DNA of 4,727 nucleotides from Escherichia coli (GTDB lineage Bacteria; Pseudomonadota; Gammaproteobacteria; Enterobacterales; Enterobacteriaceae): NCBI RefSeq assembly GCF_011045215.1, contig NZ_CP049203.1; one strand, 5' to 3'. Shown piece by piece: positions 3,832 to 4,727 of this stretch (position 1 is its first letter; each line of letters starts with the position of its first letter). The notes under the pieces were generated by a model. It saw only the letters and a program-made list of their open reading frames with translations, ran no database searches and was not told where the DNA came from. The position numbers and the translations under genes were made by a program.

Positions 3832-3940
3832 ACAGTTTTTAGGTAATCTGCGCTCTGCGATAGCCAGTTACCATTGGAACAATGAGAAGGTGAGATGTCT
3901 CATCGCTCCCGGAAAAAACCGCCTTACGGCGGTTTTTTCC
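3832..3940 (+). ncRNA. RNAI antisense copy-number regulator
   Basis: It begins ACAGT 6 nt after its -10, as in pMB1. It ends at the hairpin aaaaaaccgcc-ttac-ggcggtttttt (3913-3938). It is antisense to the 5' end of RNAII. Confidence 0.85.
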
Positions 3941-3953
3941 GTTTACAAGCCGA

Positions 3954-3982
3954 AGATTACGCGCAGCGGCAAAGGATCTCAA
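3954..3982 (-). promoter_or_regulatory. RNAII promoter
   Basis: On the minus strand: TTGAGA (3982..3977), a 17-nt spacer, then TAATCT (3959..3954). These hexamers are identical to those of the pMB1 RNAII promoter as I recall them. Confidence 0.8.
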
Positions 3983-4203
3983 GAGGATCTTTTGCGATCC
4001 GCCTGAAACTCATCACCGTAATTCCGTCTGTGGAATAAACGCAACCTTTTGCACATTATCGGTTAAATCATAACGAATTTGCATATACAACTGCGGTTCA
4101 AAGCCAGTAAACTGGGGGGCGAAGCCCAACCGTTACCAGCTTTGGTGACGTAATTTCCTGAAGTTCCAGCGTAGAACACCAGTTACCAAAAAACGAACAC
4201 AAC

Positions 4204-4683
4204 CTATTTATCACCATTCGCAGCTACCCGGTCACTACCCCCATTAAGAACAAAAATTAGATCTATTGATAATAATCCTTCTGACTTTATTCTTTCAGGA
4301 TAAAAAAAAGATGAGTCACCATCCACCACTTCTTGTAGTTTCTTGTGTAATTTTTGACAGTCAGGTAATGAATTTTCTGCAAAATCATTAAAAATAACAA
4401 CATCTGGAGGAAGCAGATCTTTTACGTTTGTATTCCCTGTAGTAATTGAGATTTTACAAACTCCTCGCCCATTAAAATCCACCAACTTCTTTTGAAGCCT
4501 ATCTCTATATATACCCAATTCACGCTGAATAACGTCCGTGTATGAAGAGTCAACGATAGAATTATCGTACTTTATATCATTAAGATATTCATATATTTCT
4601 TTTACTGAATTTGTCTCTCGCTCCCAATTAGGAGCAACAAATATGCTTACGGAAGCATAAATACTTCCCGAAAACAATATCAT
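4204..4683 (-). CDS. Small exported (periplasmic) protein, candidate immunity protein for the lysozyme-type toxin
   Basis: 159-aa ORF, AT-rich like the toxin gene, same orientation, and immediately downstream if the molecule is circular. The N-terminus MILFSGSIYASVSIFVA is hydrophobic and signal-like. The mature part is hydrophilic with two Cys. I recognise no family. There is no SD before the ATG at 4683; see the mini-ORF and T9 tract upstream. Confidence 0.7.
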   Translation of the reverse strand: MILFSGSIYASVSIFVAPNWERETNSVKEIYEYLNDIKYDNSIVDSSYTDVIQRELGIYRDRLQKKLVDFNGRGVCKISITTGNTNVKDLLPPDVVIFNDFAENSLPDCQKLHKKLQEVVDGDSSFFYPERIKSEGLLSIDLIFVLNGGSDRVAANGDK

Positions 4684-4709
4684 TGCACAAAAAAAAATCT
4701 TTTCAACAT
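4680..4709 (-). other. 9-codon upstream mini-ORF (MLKRFFFVQ*) with SD and a T9 tract; its stop overlaps the ATG at 4683 (caATGA)
   Basis: The minus strand reads ttGGGGGAGat ATG TTG AAA AGA TTT TTT TTT GTG CAA TGA. The T9 run corresponds to plus-strand A9 at 4689-4697. One extra T would fuse MLKRFFFCA in frame to MILFSGS..., giving a canonical signal peptide n-region. Confidence 0.4.
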
Positions 4710-4727
4710 ATCTCCCCCAATAATATT

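Larger units (their letters stand above)
3382..3946 (-). ncRNA. RNAII replication primer precursor / ColE1-type origin (RNA-DNA switch near 3380-3384)
   Basis: 3215-3995 is collinear with the pMB1/pBR322 origin as I recall it. Shared blocks include ttccgcttcctcgc..., ccacagaatcgggggataa, gtttttccataggctccgcc, gcgctttctcatagctcacg, ccactggcagcagccactggtaac and acagagttcttga. The start is placed 7 nt after the TAATCT -10, at GTAAAC. Confidence 0.85.

Noticed and set aside
2759-4006. ORFs across rop and the origin: 2759..3388 (-) 209 aa, 2968..3291, 3192..3440, 3286..3594, 3444..3728 and 3644..4006
   Set aside because: The region is collinear with the non-coding pMB1/ColE1 RNAII origin, or antisense or out of frame to rop. 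The long open frames are a GC-content artefact.
4048-4073. A second Xer (dif/cer-like) site on the far side of the cargo, which would suggest Xer-mediated module capture
   Set aside because: The best candidates (tttgcacatta and ttaaatcataa) match the XerC/XerD arm consensus at only about 7 of 11 positions each. Their spacing and relative orientation are also wrong.
4101-4127. ColE1 bom-like nick motif: ACTGGCTT on the minus strand (4108..4101) next to the GGGC-GAA-GCCC mini-hairpin (4117-4127), which recalls GGGGCGAAGCCC of R64 and ColE1 oriT
   Set aside because: It matches only 8 nt of TACTGG/CTTAAC. The hairpin is 4 bp and directly abuts the motif rather than lying about 45 nt away. No mob genes are present. 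It is too weak to call, but worth including in an oriT alignment.
4010-4203. Colicin-type lysis (release) lipoprotein gene downstream of the immunity candidate
   Set aside because: The only minus-strand ORF here is about 23 codons (MQIRYDLTDNVQKVAFIPQTELR) and has no signal sequence or lipobox Cys. No lysis gene is detectable in the window.

Overview
The window reads like a complete or near-complete small ColE1/pMB1-type theta plasmid, opened in an intergenic spacer. Circularity is inferred, not shown. The GC-rich backbone (about 1030-4200) holds six things. (1) A XerC/XerD core matching the ColE1 cer core as I recall it, plus its accessory arm. (2) A dense array of GCAC-N7-GTGC palindromes and direct repeats. 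(3) Three MOBP-type oriT-like modules, one RP4/IncP-like and two tandem R64/IncI-like. (4) A small basic ORF between them that may be a ribbon-helix-helix (RHH) protein. No relaxase gene and no ColE1 bom nick region are present. (5) rop. (6) The RNAII/RNAI replication origin. The AT-rich cargo (4204-4727 plus 1-1030, contiguous if circular) is the most interesting part. A TTGACA promoter with a LexA SOS box drives a 249-aa protein. That protein has a Gly/His/Ser/Asp-rich, colicin-like N-terminus and a C-terminal T4-lysozyme-type domain with the Glu/Asp/Thr catalytic triad intact. A stem-loop follows, then a 159-aa hydrophobic-N-terminus protein in the same orientation. I read this pair as a compact, probably undescribed lysozyme-fold bacteriocin with a periplasmic immunity protein. 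The killing logic would resemble pesticin/Pim, but the architecture differs and no lysis gene is present. A T9 tract and an SD-equipped mini-ORF at the 5' end of the immunity candidate are a further oddity. All homology statements rest on my recall of reference sequences (T4 lysozyme, pBR322, RP4 oriT, R64 oriT, ColE1 cer) and need database confirmation.
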